From Poseidonia sp. (GTDB taxonomy: Archaea > Thermoplasmatota > Poseidoniia > Poseidoniales > Poseidoniaceae): 64,000 nucleotides of DNA. Below the pieces are notes generated by a model. It was given only the letters and a program-made list of their open reading frames with translations. It was not told the origin of the DNA and made no database searches. Both the position numbers and the translations under genes were made by a program. The stretch's first letter is position 1, and every line of letters begins with the position of its first letter. The stretch spans positions 18,027 to 82,026 of the forward strand of contig JAUREJ010000002.1 of NCBI GenBank assembly GCA_030827475.1, in the 5' to 3' direction. Positions 27,601-36,495 of the stretch are shown piece after piece.

Positions 27601-28150
27601 CGACGCCCTCATTGATTGGTATGTCGCTGACCTGCTCGCTGAGATTGAAGAGGTTGAATTGGCGCTCACCGAGAGCGGAGCGGACACGACCAACCTCAAT
27701 GCCCGCTTGAGCGAACTTGAGACAAAACTCGGCCTCGCCTGCGAAGATCCACGTGCTGATTGCCCAACGGAAGAAGTGCAGTCCAGCGGTGGAGACGCAG
27801 AGACCGGTTTGAACACCAACGTGATTCTCATCGTGCTCGGCGTGCTGATTGTCGCTGCCCTGCTTGGCTTGATGTTCATGCGTGGCGGCGGTGGTTCAGA
27901 GGGTGAAGACATGAAGTGGAACGAGGGCTCTTTGCCCTTCCATGACACCGTGGCCAACTCGATGTACGGCGGTGCTCAGGAACTCTTCCAGCAGCCGGTT
28001 GTTCCCATTGCAGCCGTTGCTCCACCCCCCGCTCCTGTGGCGTCTCCAGCAGGCCCCCCCCTTCCCCCTGGCGGTCTGCCAGCGGGCTGGAGCATGGAGC
28101 AGTGGGTCTATTACGGACAACAATACCTTGACCAAATGGGTCAACAGTGA
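24686..28150 (+). CDS. Large surface protein: N-terminal TM/signal, thioredoxin-like Omp28-like domain (CGHC), CARDB-like and cadherin-like repeats, coiled coil, TM, Pro-rich tail with GLPAGWSMEQW..YG motif
   Basis: ATG at 24686 with GGTGA upstream. Motifs SDNCGHCS, NGRPTV/NGQPRW/TPVNDAP (cadherin-like boundaries), TM VILIVLGVLIVAALLGLMFM. Confidence 0.8.
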   Translation: MKHAVRTLSLAIVTIFLGSLMSGMMIELYQPPTETLDDEPLLQRASSATSPGHVVFAQYISSDNCGHCSKTGGGSDTHHLLKGNFPDEYVYVTYMSSSYGDTDTARAGAVAPYNWAWSTGGAPDAYFGDRTDQRKSGASANYDTYDQLFSSGGGMHSTVNDYGMSAAVSQNGNNYDISISYKYTGSGTPASNMKLYAALVDKDCTGYSYSSGIPHGYNCWMAWLTAGDTYKSKSGGSGSAFHSVTVSSTETSQYWTSVPTSVVPGGLNKAVVVAALMSGNQVSVGGSSPHVYHAIDSTMGPKMDIGVSGLQVSNSQGTSSYMRGDTITLQADVKNTGDLDYADGGQLQFFYKNGATSTAIDSVNIPTLNVAAGSTYLSGSATFDTSSLPANAWSTTFGARLVGLTGDMAAGNNVAETLVDHDRPPVVMSPEVLGSMTVQRGEYVTLLAKGDADDNVDTIDSMTFDVEVSPSGQGAWDASIVSGGENILFRGLASEGREYILTPSMSMSAGDYDVRTRAVDARGQSSAWMEFSDAFTLANGRPTVIADPVPTVMCDISTKVSMAGHIVDPETPLTELVVTSTSDYFVAWHAANEEIEVLFPYESGCDGQKGIEVKVDDGGDYSETGELPYGTLLFNIIENGQPRWQGLPIQTVEEGGSGILSLNTFLSDTDDTGEAVDASGLTLQIMDNTNPEAISVELRGSTLGFETVDDDVNGETTVTLRASDGEQYSDQTVTIRITPVNDAPRIDMTEIESFSLKSGKQMVINLKNRMTDVDNSIDQAFISVTPSEPGAARYNILDGNMILLFEEVGEQTVTVSATDGFATNTYIITVDVFDSLPFYISKTDDGSGHLYVDMQDTYETQTPTASFFFTESAPSFNIVTVTWSLCNDLSGTCDGFWEYDLDLSRSNMGWTEEMNIPSAYGDGGYARTNGMRNMDYISLTVKAVDASGQEYKTPDQTKWYTTEALPAPAEMDDALIDWYVADLLAEIEEVELALTESGADTTNLNARLSELETKLGLACEDPRADCPTEEVQSSGGDAETGLNTNVILIVLGVLIVAALLGLMFMRGGGGSEGEDMKWNEGSLPFHDTVANSMYGGAQELFQQPVVPIAAVAPPPAPVASPAGPPLPPGGLPAGWSMEQWVYYGQQYLDQMGQQ

Positions 28151-28226
28151 TTTGAAAACTATATCACCCCTTGGCACGGCTTACTCAAAAGCATAGCCCT
28201 AAAGGGGAGTGAGGAGAGGAAGATTC

Positions 28227-30302
28227 GTGGCCGAAGAATTCGCTGAGCCGACCGAGGTGCCCGATGAGGCCCCGCTCGTTGAAGCGGATGTTGACGCTCT
28301 GCAGACCGGCAACGATGAGACCGTGACGGTGTGGTCACCCGAACCTTCTGGCGCCGACGAGGTTCTTTCCACCTCGGTTGAGGAATGGATCTCAACAGTT
28401 GAGTTTGAAACCACGGCCGACGTTCCCATCCCCGAGCGACTGGTCGACCAAGTGATTGGTCAGGAAGCCGGTTCGGTCGTCATCAAAAAAGCGGCTGAAC
28501 AACGCCGCCACATGTTGATGATCGGCGACCCTGGAACGGGCAAGTCGATGCTCGCAAAATCGATGACCGATTTGCTTCCTAAAGACGCCCTTGAGGACGT
28601 CTTGGTTTACCCAAACGAAGACGACGAAAACGTTCCGAGGGTCCGAACGGTGCCCGCTGGACGCGCAGAACGCATCGTCAAGGTTCAGAAAGAAGCGATT
28701 CGCCAACAGCGGGAAAAATCCCAACGCATGCTGTTCATCGCTTTTGCCGCCATCGGCTTTTTGCTCCTCATCGCAGCCCTCCAATCCGGGGACCTGTTCA
28801 CCCTGCTGTTTGGTGGATTTTTGCTCGCCTTCGGATACATGTTCATCCGAAGCCGGCTCGGTGCTGTCGACGACAGCCGCATTCCGAAAGTGCTCGTCAA
28901 GCACGACCTGAACGAACGCCCCCCGTTTGTGGACGCCACGGCAACCTTGTCAGGTTCCCTGCTTGGCGATGTCCGCCACGATCCGTTCCAGTCTGGGGGT
29001 ATGGAAACGCCCGCTCACGACCGTGTTGAACCCGGCGCCATCCACCGTGCCCACAAAGGGGTGCTCTACATTGACGAGATCAACCTCTTGCGCTTGGAAG
29101 AACAGCAAGCTTTGCTGACGGCCATGCAAGACCGTGCTTTCCCCATTTCAGGCCGCTCGGAGCGCTCCAGCGGTGCGCTGACAAAGACGGAACCCGTCCC
29201 GTGCGACTTCATTCTCATCGCTGCAGGAAACCTCGATGCCATCCAAGGCATGCACCCGGCTCTTCGAAGCAGAATTCGTGGCTACGGCTACGAGGTTTAT
29301 GTGAACTCGGAAATGCCCGATACCTCTCGCAATCGCCGTCGCTTGATTCGTTTCATCGCTCAAGAAGTCCTGCGGGACCAGGATACGGTTCGTGAAATTC
29401 CCCACTTCGACAAGAGTGCCGTGGCCATCATTCTCCGAGAGGCACAGCGCCGGGCGGGTCGCCGAGGAAAACTCTCGCTACGCCTTCGTGAACTCGGCGG
29501 GTTGGTTCGCATCGCCGGCGATCTCGCCGTCGAAGCCGGTGCGCCCTTCACTTCCGCAGAACATGTTCTTGGCGCTCGTCAAATTGCAAAGCCGCTCGAG
29601 CAACAGGTCGCCGACCGGATGATCGAACGCCGTCAAGACTACGCCATGTTGGTCAACAGCGGTGAGCGTGTCGGACGTGTGAACGGCTTGGCCGTTCTCG
29701 GGGCCAACTCGGGTCTTTCCGACTTCAGCGGCATCATGCTCCCCGTGGAAGCCTTGGTGACGCCTTCCCAAGGCGGAGGCGGGAAGATTCACGCCACCGG
29801 TGGTCTCTCGGACCTCGCCAAAGAAAGCGTGACCAACGTCAGTGCCGTCATCAAGAAATTGACCGGAAAGGACATTTCCGACTATGACATCCACATTCAA
29901 TTTGTCGACACGCACGGTGTTGACGGGGACTCAGCCTCCATCACCATCGCCACCGCCATCATCTCTGCGCTTGAGAACATCCCCATCCGGCAAGACCTGG
30001 CCATGACAGGTTCGCTCTCGGTTCGGGGAGAGGTGCTTCCCATCGGTGGTGTGACGGCCAAGATTGAGGCCGCTGCCCGTTCCGGTGTCAAGACCATCGT
30101 TGTTCCTCGGGCCAACATGCAAGATGTTTTGCTCGATGACCGATTTGAGAACATGGTCGAGGTCGTGGCGGTTGATACGCTCGATGAAGTCATGAAGTAC
30201 GCCCTCATCAAGCACGACCAAAAAGCAGGCTTGGTTGAACGGCTGGAAGCCGTCATCGATCGCTTGACACCGGAGATCCAAAGCAAGATTTCGCTCGTGT
30301 GA
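28227..30302 (+). CDS. lonB: Archaeal membrane-anchored ATP-dependent Lon protease (LonB)
   Basis: DQVIGQE, Walker A GDPGTGKS, two TM helices inserted in the AAA+ domain, Walker B LYIDEI, Ser-Lys dyad GDSAS / [10 protein letters not shown]. Confidence 0.95.
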   Translation: MAEEFAEPTEVPDEAPLVEADVDALQTGNDETVTVWSPEPSGADEVLSTSVEEWISTVEFETTADVPIPERLVDQVIGQEAGSVVIKKAAEQRRHMLMIGDPGTGKSMLAKSMTDLLPKDALEDVLVYPNEDDENVPRVRTVPAGRAERIVKVQKEAIRQQREKSQRMLFIAFAAIGFLLLIAALQSGDLFTLLFGGFLLAFGYMFIRSRLGAVDDSRIPKVLVKHDLNERPPFVDATATLSGSLLGDVRHDPFQSGGMETPAHDRVEPGAIHRAHKGVLYIDEINLLRLEEQQALLTAMQDRAFPISGRSERSSGALTKTEPVPCDFILIAAGNLDAIQGMHPALRSRIRGYGYEVYVNSEMPDTSRNRRRLIRFIAQEVLRDQDTVREIPHFDKSAVAIILREAQRRAGRRGKLSLRLRELGGLVRIAGDLAVEAGAPFTSAEHVLGARQIAKPLEQQVADRMIERRQDYAMLVNSGERVGRVNGLAVLGANSGLSDFSGIMLPVEALVTPSQGGGGKIHATGGLSDLAKESVTNVSAVIKKLTGKDISDYDIHIQFVDTHGVDGDSASITIATAIISALENIPIRQDLAMTGSLSVRGEVLPIGGVTAKIEAAARSGVKTIVVPRANMQDVLLDDRFENMVEVVAVDTLDEVMKYALIKHDQKAGLVERLEAVIDRLTPEIQSKISLV

Positions 30303-30326
30303 ACCGTCCAGCAAGACGACGGTTTT
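30302..30326 (+). terminator. Possible hairpin/T-tract terminator after lonB
   Basis: AACCGTC-N9-GACGGTT inverted repeat running into TTT, directly after the stop codon. Confidence 0.35.
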
Positions 30327-30385
30327 GATGAGTTCATTGTGGTGGGTTAGAAAAGGGGTCGGGCGTTGCCCAACACGGTGAGGGC

Positions 30386-31747
30386 ATGTCTTCGACGGTG
30401 AACGATGCGAGTAAGGGAGCTTTGTTGGTCCTTTTCTTGGTCACCATGATCGACATGATTGGATTTGGAATCATCATCCCCTTTCTCACCTATCTCGTCA
30501 AGGATTTGGCAGACGCTCAAGGCGTGGTCCAAATCGGCCTGTGGGTTGGCTTGTTGATGACTTCGTATTCCGCTGCACAATTCCTCTTTTCTCCGTTTTG
30601 GGGTGCCCTGTCGGACCGCATCGGTCGGCGACCGGTTTTGATGGTGGGCTTGGTCGGCAACACGGTCTTCTTCACAGCCTTTGGCTTTTCGAACACCCTG
30701 CTCTTTGCGCTGGCCATGCGCTTTTTGGCGGGAGTTTTCAACGGCAACATCGCCGTGGCCCGGGCTTACATTGGGGATGTCAGTACGCCAAAACAACTGG
30801 CGACACGGATGGGGCTCATCGGCGCTGCCTTTGGCCTTGGATTCACCATTGGCCCCTTCATTGGCGGGGAATTTTCGAGCCCAGCAGAGCGATGGGGTAT
30901 CTTTGTCGGTACGGTTTTCGACACCTACCCGTACCTCCTCCCCTGTGTAATCGCCAGTGTCCTTTCGGCCGGCTCGCTCGTGCTGGCCTCTTTCAAACTC
31001 CCTGAATCGGTGCAGTTCAAGGAGGACACAGAATCAACCCCTCGTCGTTCGTGGCGATCTCACATGGGGGGCATGGTGAAGAATTCTGCCGCCATGTTGC
31101 GGACATCCAGCATTGGAGCGATGATTTGGGTGTCCATGCTGTTCATCTTTGGCTTCACCGTCATGCATGCCGTGTTCATTCTTTACACCGAGATGAACGT
31201 TGACCTTGGAGGTCTTGGCTTTTCAGAACAAGACAACGGACGCGTGTTTGCCATGATCGGTCTTCTCGGCATTCTCACCCAAGGCGTCCTCATCGGCCCG
31301 TTGACACGAAAATTTGGAACCCGCCGCCTCATTCCCATTTCCATTCTCGTCACCGGTACGGGGCTCACCCTTCTCCCCTATACACAGGCTTCCATGGCCT
31401 GGTTGCAGTTGCTGGTTGTCACCAGTTGCATCGCCGTGGGCAACGGTCTCTTCCAGCCTTCCTCCAGCACCTACCTTACCCGAATTGCCCGAGAGGAAGG
31501 TTACGACCTTGGTGTGGTCATGGGCGCTCAAGAATCCCTCGGGGCGTTTGCGCGCATTCTTGGACCACTCTCGGGCGGTCTCGTATGGGAATTGACATCG
31601 GGCGGCACATACCCTTGGGATTACCACACGGCTTTCCATTTGTGCGGACTGTTGATGGTGGTCTCTGCAATCCTTACCCTCCGATTACCTCCTCTTTCCA
31701 TGATCGTCGAGGATACCGAGGCCCCGAAGACTGAAGAGAAGTCTTGA
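30386..31747 (+). CDS. MFS transporter, DHA1/TetA-like drug:H+ antiporter family
   Basis: DMIGFGIIIP, G.LSDRIGRRPV (motif A), RFLAG, AYIGD, GLIGAAFGLGFTIGP.IGG (antiporter motif C). Confidence 0.9.
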   Translation: MSSTVNDASKGALLVLFLVTMIDMIGFGIIIPFLTYLVKDLADAQGVVQIGLWVGLLMTSYSAAQFLFSPFWGALSDRIGRRPVLMVGLVGNTVFFTAFGFSNTLLFALAMRFLAGVFNGNIAVARAYIGDVSTPKQLATRMGLIGAAFGLGFTIGPFIGGEFSSPAERWGIFVGTVFDTYPYLLPCVIASVLSAGSLVLASFKLPESVQFKEDTESTPRRSWRSHMGGMVKNSAAMLRTSSIGAMIWVSMLFIFGFTVMHAVFILYTEMNVDLGGLGFSEQDNGRVFAMIGLLGILTQGVLIGPLTRKFGTRRLIPISILVTGTGLTLLPYTQASMAWLQLLVVTSCIAVGNGLFQPSSSTYLTRIAREEGYDLGVVMGAQESLGAFARILGPLSGGLVWELTSGGTYPWDYHTAFHLCGLLMVVSAILTLRLPPLSMIVEDTEAPKTEEKS

Positions 31748-31772
31748 AGAAGCCATCGGGCGTGTCACCGCT

Positions 31773-33206
31773 ATGGAAGAGGACGCCATTGCATGGAACG
31801 CTCAGCAGTTCCGTAACCGGTTGACGGTTTTCTCACACGCCGCCATCATCATGACCTTGGTGACGGTTTGGCTGATTCAACTCATCGATGTGCTCCAACC
31901 CTTCTTCATTGCGCTTGGCATGTACTTTGTTCTCAAACCGGGTGCGGACTTCCTCTCAAAGAAGGGTTTTCCGCTCATGCTCTCGTACATCACGATGCTG
32001 TTGCTTGCCATCCTTATCGTGCTCAGCGCCGGTTTCTTCGCCTACCAACAAACCGCTTCCTTCCTCGACGATGACGAGCGCATGAGCGAATATACGGACA
32101 AACTCAACGAACGTTGGGCCGATGTGAAGGGTCTCCCGCTCATCGGAAAAAGCATCCTCGATTCTGGTGCAACCCCCAACGGGACATTGGACGACGATCT
32201 CGCCAGCATGGGTGTGCTCTCAGAAGGATCGGCCCTGACCGATGCGATAGGAAGCCTTCTTTCCAGCGTCGGCCTGTTCTTTGTGACCGGCATCACGGTG
32301 TTGTTCTTTTTGTTGTTCATCATCTTCGAAGCCAGTTTACTTCCCGGTCGCATCGAACGGGCCTATCCGGGCGGTGCGAGCGAACGCGTTCATATGATAC
32401 GAGACCAAATTGAAGCAAGCGTCAACACATACGTGGTCGTGAAAACGGGCGTCGGTTTTGGAACCGGTGTCTGTGCGGGCATCATCATGCTCGCGTTTGG
32501 TATCGATCTCTGGTTTACCTGGGCGCTGCTGACCTTTTTGCTCAATTACGTCCCCTACATCGGTTCGCTCCTGGCGACCATCCCGCCGCTTCTTCTGGGC
32601 TTTATCCTCCTTGACCCTTCGCTGCTCATTTTCCTCACGGTTTTGCTCTTGACGAATCAACAACTGTGGGGGAACGTCATCGAGACTCGCTGGGCCGGTC
32701 GTGCACTCGACATCTCTCCCGTGCTCCTTCTCGTGGTGACGGCCTTTTCGTTCTGGGTCTGGGGCATCATCGGCATGATCCTCTCCATCCCTTTGGTTGT
32801 CATTCTGAAAATCGTTCTGGAAAACATCGATGCAACCCGCCCCCTCGCCATTCTGCTCTCCGAGCGCGCTCCGACCCTCGATGAAGCCTGGCGTGAGGCC
32901 ATCAAGGACGGTCGTATTACGGCGTACGAAGAGCGGATGTTGGACGAGCTGCAGGTCGTGCTTGGGTACAGCGACGTCGAGGTCAAGTTGCTCTCCGCCC
33001 GTATTGCAGCTGAATATGCGCTCCGTCGCGGCCGATTGACCGTCGACCAAATCTCTCTCATACGAATTGGTATCGACGCTATGAGAGTACCCCAAAAATG
33101 GCGAACTCAATTTGAGGACATCGTGACCGAAGGGAAACTCAGCGTCATGGAACGGTTGTTCCTCGGGAAACTCGTCTTTGCTCTTGACCTCTCCGAAGAA
33201 GAGTGA
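31773..33206 (+). CDS. AI-2E (PerM/TqsA) family transporter with C-terminal soluble extension
   Basis: LLNYVPYIGS, Q..GNVIE.R..G..L.ISP, WG..GMILSIPL motifs; about 110-aa helical tail. Confidence 0.9.
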   Translation: MEEDAIAWNAQQFRNRLTVFSHAAIIMTLVTVWLIQLIDVLQPFFIALGMYFVLKPGADFLSKKGFPLMLSYITMLLLAILIVLSAGFFAYQQTASFLDDDERMSEYTDKLNERWADVKGLPLIGKSILDSGATPNGTLDDDLASMGVLSEGSALTDAIGSLLSSVGLFFVTGITVLFFLLFIIFEASLLPGRIERAYPGGASERVHMIRDQIEASVNTYVVVKTGVGFGTGVCAGIIMLAFGIDLWFTWALLTFLLNYVPYIGSLLATIPPLLLGFILLDPSLLIFLTVLLLTNQQLWGNVIETRWAGRALDISPVLLLVVTAFSFWVWGIIGMILSIPLVVILKIVLENIDATRPLAILLSERAPTLDEAWREAIKDGRITAYEERMLDELQVVLGYSDVEVKLLSARIAAEYALRRGRLTVDQISLIRIGIDAMRVPQKWRTQFEDIVTEGKLSVMERLFLGKLVFALDLSEEE

Positions 33207-33214
33207 GGTGTCGT

Positions 33215-33481
33215 TCAAAGAACTTCGGTCAAAATACGTTCAAGTTCGGTGTTGATGGTCAAGATCAATGTACCAAACTCAGGTGGAATGTTGGGGTCTT
33301 CGTAGAGTTCTTCGAGTTTTGATTGGGCCATGGCAATGCGGACGTCCAATTTTTTGCCTTTGTTGAGCAACCACTGGTCGCATGCTTCTTTCGCTTGACG
33401 GCGAATGTTTCGGGGGACTTTAGGGTCGTCAATTTGGTTGATGACGGTAGCAACTTGTTCCAATCGTTCTTCGATATCCAT
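33215..33481 (-). CDS. UPF0147 family archaeal protein
   Basis: I.DP.VPRNIRRQAKE...L and DPNIP motifs; GGTGA upstream of the ATG at 33481. Confidence 0.85.
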   Translation of the reverse strand: MDIEERLEQVATVINQIDDPKVPRNIRRQAKEACDQWLLNKGKKLDVRIAMAQSKLEELYEDPNIPPEFGTLILTINTELERILTEVL

Positions 33482-33555
33482 GTTCTTCACCTACAAGCAC
33501 GCATTTCACCCTAACCGGTGGCCGTCTTTAAGTTCATGGCTGGAGTGGTTTGACC

Positions 33556-34551
33556 ATGGAGGCGACCAACGAGGCCATCTTGGGATGGACCCGTGTGGCT
33601 GTGCTTCTCCTCGGTATGGGATGGGCCGCTTGGATGGACCACAAAGCCCGTCGCGTTCCGAACGAACATTGGGTGGTTTGGGCCAAACCTGCCGTTTTCA
33701 TCTGGGCGTTGGACCTGATGGTCCAAGGTGCCGACTGGACGATTTACCTCACCGCTGCGGGGGTGGTTGCCTATGCGAGCGTCGCCGTCTTTGGTCGACC
33801 CACGGTACGCGACGCCATCGCAGGTTCGTGGATTGACCGAGTGTTCTTGCTATGGTACCTGTTTGCATTCGTCGGCGTCGTCACCGGGGCGTTGCGCTAC
33901 CAATCCACATCTCCCATGGACGTCTTGCTCGGGGAGGGCGACCCCTTGGGTGTGCTTTGGTGGCAGACCTTCGGTGTGTTCTTCATCGTCTTCTTTATCG
34001 ACGCTGCTTGGCGTTTGCGCCTTCTCCACGGCGGAGCCGATGCCAAGGCGTTGATGTGGGTCACGTTGGTCTTCCCCTCGTGGGCCACCGTGCCGCTGCC
34101 CTTCGCTTCAATCGATGCGGCATCGGTGGTTACGCTACCCGTGAGCGTAGCGTTGCTGATCTGGGGAGGTTTGGCTTTCTTGGCGATTCCATTCATCATG
34201 TTGGCTCGCAACGGTCGGCGCGGGTTCATCCGTGGCTTTGGCGATTTAAAACTGGCCTGGCACGCTTCAATGCTGCCCTTGGACGAGGTCGAGCAACGTC
34301 ATGTGTGGCTCCTCTCCGACACGATGGAGATGCCCGACGGGAGCGTGCGCGTGGTCCATCACGCACGGGCACCACGCACCACACCCAGCGGCGATGAACT
34401 CGCTGAACACGTCCACCGTCTGAGGGAACTCGGGGTCGAGCGCGTTTGGGTCAGCTTCAAGATGCCGTTGCTGGTTTTTTTGTTCCCGGCCGTGCTTCCG
34501 CTCGTCCTGTTGGGTGACCCAACCGCCTTGATTTTGGCGTGGTTGATGTAA
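33556..34551 (+). CDS. Archaeal prepilin/preflagellin peptidase (A24, FlaK/PibD-like)
   Basis: D..ARRVPN (first Asp), GGADAK (GxGD-type second Asp), C-terminal VWVS..MP motif; multi-TM. Confidence 0.85.
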   Translation: MEATNEAILGWTRVAVLLLGMGWAAWMDHKARRVPNEHWVVWAKPAVFIWALDLMVQGADWTIYLTAAGVVAYASVAVFGRPTVRDAIAGSWIDRVFLLWYLFAFVGVVTGALRYQSTSPMDVLLGEGDPLGVLWWQTFGVFFIVFFIDAAWRLRLLHGGADAKALMWVTLVFPSWATVPLPFASIDAASVVTLPVSVALLIWGGLAFLAIPFIMLARNGRRGFIRGFGDLKLAWHASMLPLDEVEQRHVWLLSDTMEMPDGSVRVVHHARAPRTTPSGDELAEHVHRLRELGVERVWVSFKMPLLVFLFPAVLPLVLLGDPTALILAWLM

Positions 34552-34556
34552 GCGGA

Positions 34557-34706
34557 TCAGTTGCCCTTCCGCTCGATGTTCTTTGGACGAAGCCCCTTGT
34601 AACTGCACTTTCGGCAGCGAACGGCTCGGACAGCGTTGCGCGCATTGCAACGCATGCAGATTTTGCGGTGAAGCATGCGTGCTTCCGCTTCGGGGAACCG
34701 TGCCAT
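34557..34706 (-). CDS. rpl40e: 50S ribosomal protein L40e (49 aa; absent from the ORF track)
   Basis: Manual translation: [49 protein letters not shown], the classic L40e zinc finger. Confidence 0.97.
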   Translation of the reverse strand: MARFPEAEARMLHRKICMRCNARNAVRAVRCRKCSYKGLRPKNIERKGN

Positions 34707-34788
34707 GAAGCGTGCGACAAAATCCCCCTATTTAATCGCAACCGCCCCGTTTGACTATCTTCAAGGACGAGGAGTCTCTCGGTCAGCC

Positions 34789-35550
34789 GTGAAGGTGACC
34801 CGACTCCCCGGCATCCACCACGACGGCAACGTCGTTTTGGTTTCAGGGAAGGCCGGTCATGTTCTCATCGATGCGGGGACCTCGTGGTACCAAGCCCTCC
34901 AAGTGGAGCGGGTTGAGGGGTTGCTTAACGGAGCAAGGCTTGACCGCATTCTTCTGACTTCTCGTCGTTTTCCAGTCTCGGGAGGGGCTGCCCATCTTTC
35001 TGAAGCCTTTGACGGGGCGCCGGTTCACATTCATCCCGAGGGGCAGGCCAGCCTTGAGACGGGGGACTTTTTCACGACCTGGGCCAGCCGGTACGACTCG
35101 GACATGCCTCGAACGCCAACATCTCCTGTTTTGCCCGATGAAGTGTTCCCCCTTGGCGACGGTGAAATCCAAGCCTTCCCTCTCCCCGGTCATGCTTCAG
35201 AGGGTTTGGGCTATCATTTGCCACATCTCGGAACGATGGTCGTGGGCGCCCTTCTGCCTCGGGCTGACCGGCCGACTCGATGGGATCTACCGGGCGGTTC
35301 CTTGGTTGATGTCGTCGCCAGTCTTCAAATGCTGAAGGCGTTGAACCTTCGCTCGCTCGTTCCGCTTCAAGGCCCCGCAATCCGGGGGAAATCCCACATT
35401 AGGGACGTGCTCGACCGCCATCTCTCTTTTTTCCAAACCGCCGTTGACAACGACGGAAAAGCACCGACTTCCTGGCACCGACCCGCTCCGACGGCCTTGT
35501 GGCTTACCCCGATCTCGGCATGGCCGCTTGAAGAACACGAACAGGTCTAG
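34789..35550 (+). CDS. Metallo-beta-lactamase-fold protein with degenerate metal site
   Basis: NVVLV, VLIDAG, I.LT...GG, PGH, then GxL motifs follow the MBL order, but HxHxDH is replaced by SRRFPV. Start is uncertain. Confidence 0.75.
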   Translation: MKVTRLPGIHHDGNVVLVSGKAGHVLIDAGTSWYQALQVERVEGLLNGARLDRILLTSRRFPVSGGAAHLSEAFDGAPVHIHPEGQASLETGDFFTTWASRYDSDMPRTPTSPVLPDEVFPLGDGEIQAFPLPGHASEGLGYHLPHLGTMVVGALLPRADRPTRWDLPGGSLVDVVASLQMLKALNLRSLVPLQGPAIRGKSHIRDVLDRHLSFFQTAVDNDGKAPTSWHRPAPTALWLTPISAWPLEEHEQV

Positions 35551-36110
35551 GCCGGATTTGGAAGACCGTAACTCCGGTCGAGCCGCTTGTAACGTTTGAC
35601 ATGAAACGCCTCGGAGGTGTTGATGACGTTGTGGTGACTTCCGTCCCATGAGCGGACGTGGTGCACCCAGCCGCTCCGGACATGCACCAAGTCGCCTTCA
35701 AGATGCAAACTCGAGACGGGCCCGTCGATGCTGAACACCATGCGTGTTCGTTCCGTTGAACGTTCGTCAAGCGACCAGACCGCACCGTGCTGTGTGCCAA
35801 CCAAAAAATGCATGCTGCCCTCAGCGACCAAGCACACGGCCCGGATGCTCCCGGAGGCCAAGGTGTATTTGGCGACGGTTTCCAACCGAGGGATGGTGAG
35901 CACGTGGAGCTCGCCATCTGCGCACCCGATCACGACCGTGTCCACCGGCCCCATGGGCCCGCGGACTGCAAGAAGGACCGTCGGCAAGCCTTCCAATTTG
36001 GCTCGATGGGGTCGTCCGTCAATGGGCTTCCAAGAGACGGTCCCGTCGTTCATGGCGGCGAGGAGCCCGTCTGAAGTTGTCAAACTGCGAACGATACTGC
36101 GTTGGTTCAT
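35547..36110 (-). CDS. Hypothetical WD40/beta-propeller-like protein
   Basis: Repeating blades (LLAAMNDGTVSW, VVIGCADGELHV, FLVGTQHGAVW). Start chosen at MNQRS. Confidence 0.6.
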   Translation of the reverse strand: MNQRSIVRSLTTSDGLLAAMNDGTVSWKPIDGRPHRAKLEGLPTVLLAVRGPMGPVDTVVIGCADGELHVLTIPRLETVAKYTLASGSIRAVCLVAEGSMHFLVGTQHGAVWSLDERSTERTRMVFSIDGPVSSLHLEGDLVHVRSGWVHHVRSWDGSHHNVINTSEAFHVKRYKRLDRSYGLPNPA

Positions 36111-36178
36111 GTGTGGACAGGTGAGCAGGGGGTACAGGGTTGTTTTGCAGACCCTTGGGCTGAAGGTAAAAGTGAACT

Positions 36179-36454
36179 TCAGTACATTTCTTCGTTCTTG
36201 TTTTCCTTCTTCCACTTACGGTAACAGGACTTGCAGACTCGAACCCGGCCTTTACGCGCTTGGTAACCGCTCGATCCCCACACATCAATGGCGTCATCAA
36301 TGGACAACGAGCGCCCTCCAATGGCTTTATCGGCGAAGTTTTCGCATCCGCGAACGCCGCAGGGCTGTTCGCCCTCAAACTTCGTGGCTTTCTTTTCCGA
36401 GTCGTCTTCACCTGCATCGCTGCGGTGCTTGCGGACCTTCGCCTTGAATCCCAT
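36179..36454 (-). CDS. Small conserved archaeal zinc-finger protein
   Basis: C-x4-C ... RSL ... C-x2-C-Y-x-x-WKK pattern; GAGG upstream; directly downstream of tfb. Confidence 0.7.
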   Translation of the reverse strand: MGFKAKVRKHRSDAGEDDSEKKATKFEGEQPCGVRGCENFADKAIGGRSLSIDDAIDVWGSSGYQARKGRVRVCKSCYRKWKKENKNEEMY

Positions 36455-36495
36455 GCCAGTCCCTTTCCTCGGCTTGTTCATCAAGGTTGGGTCGC

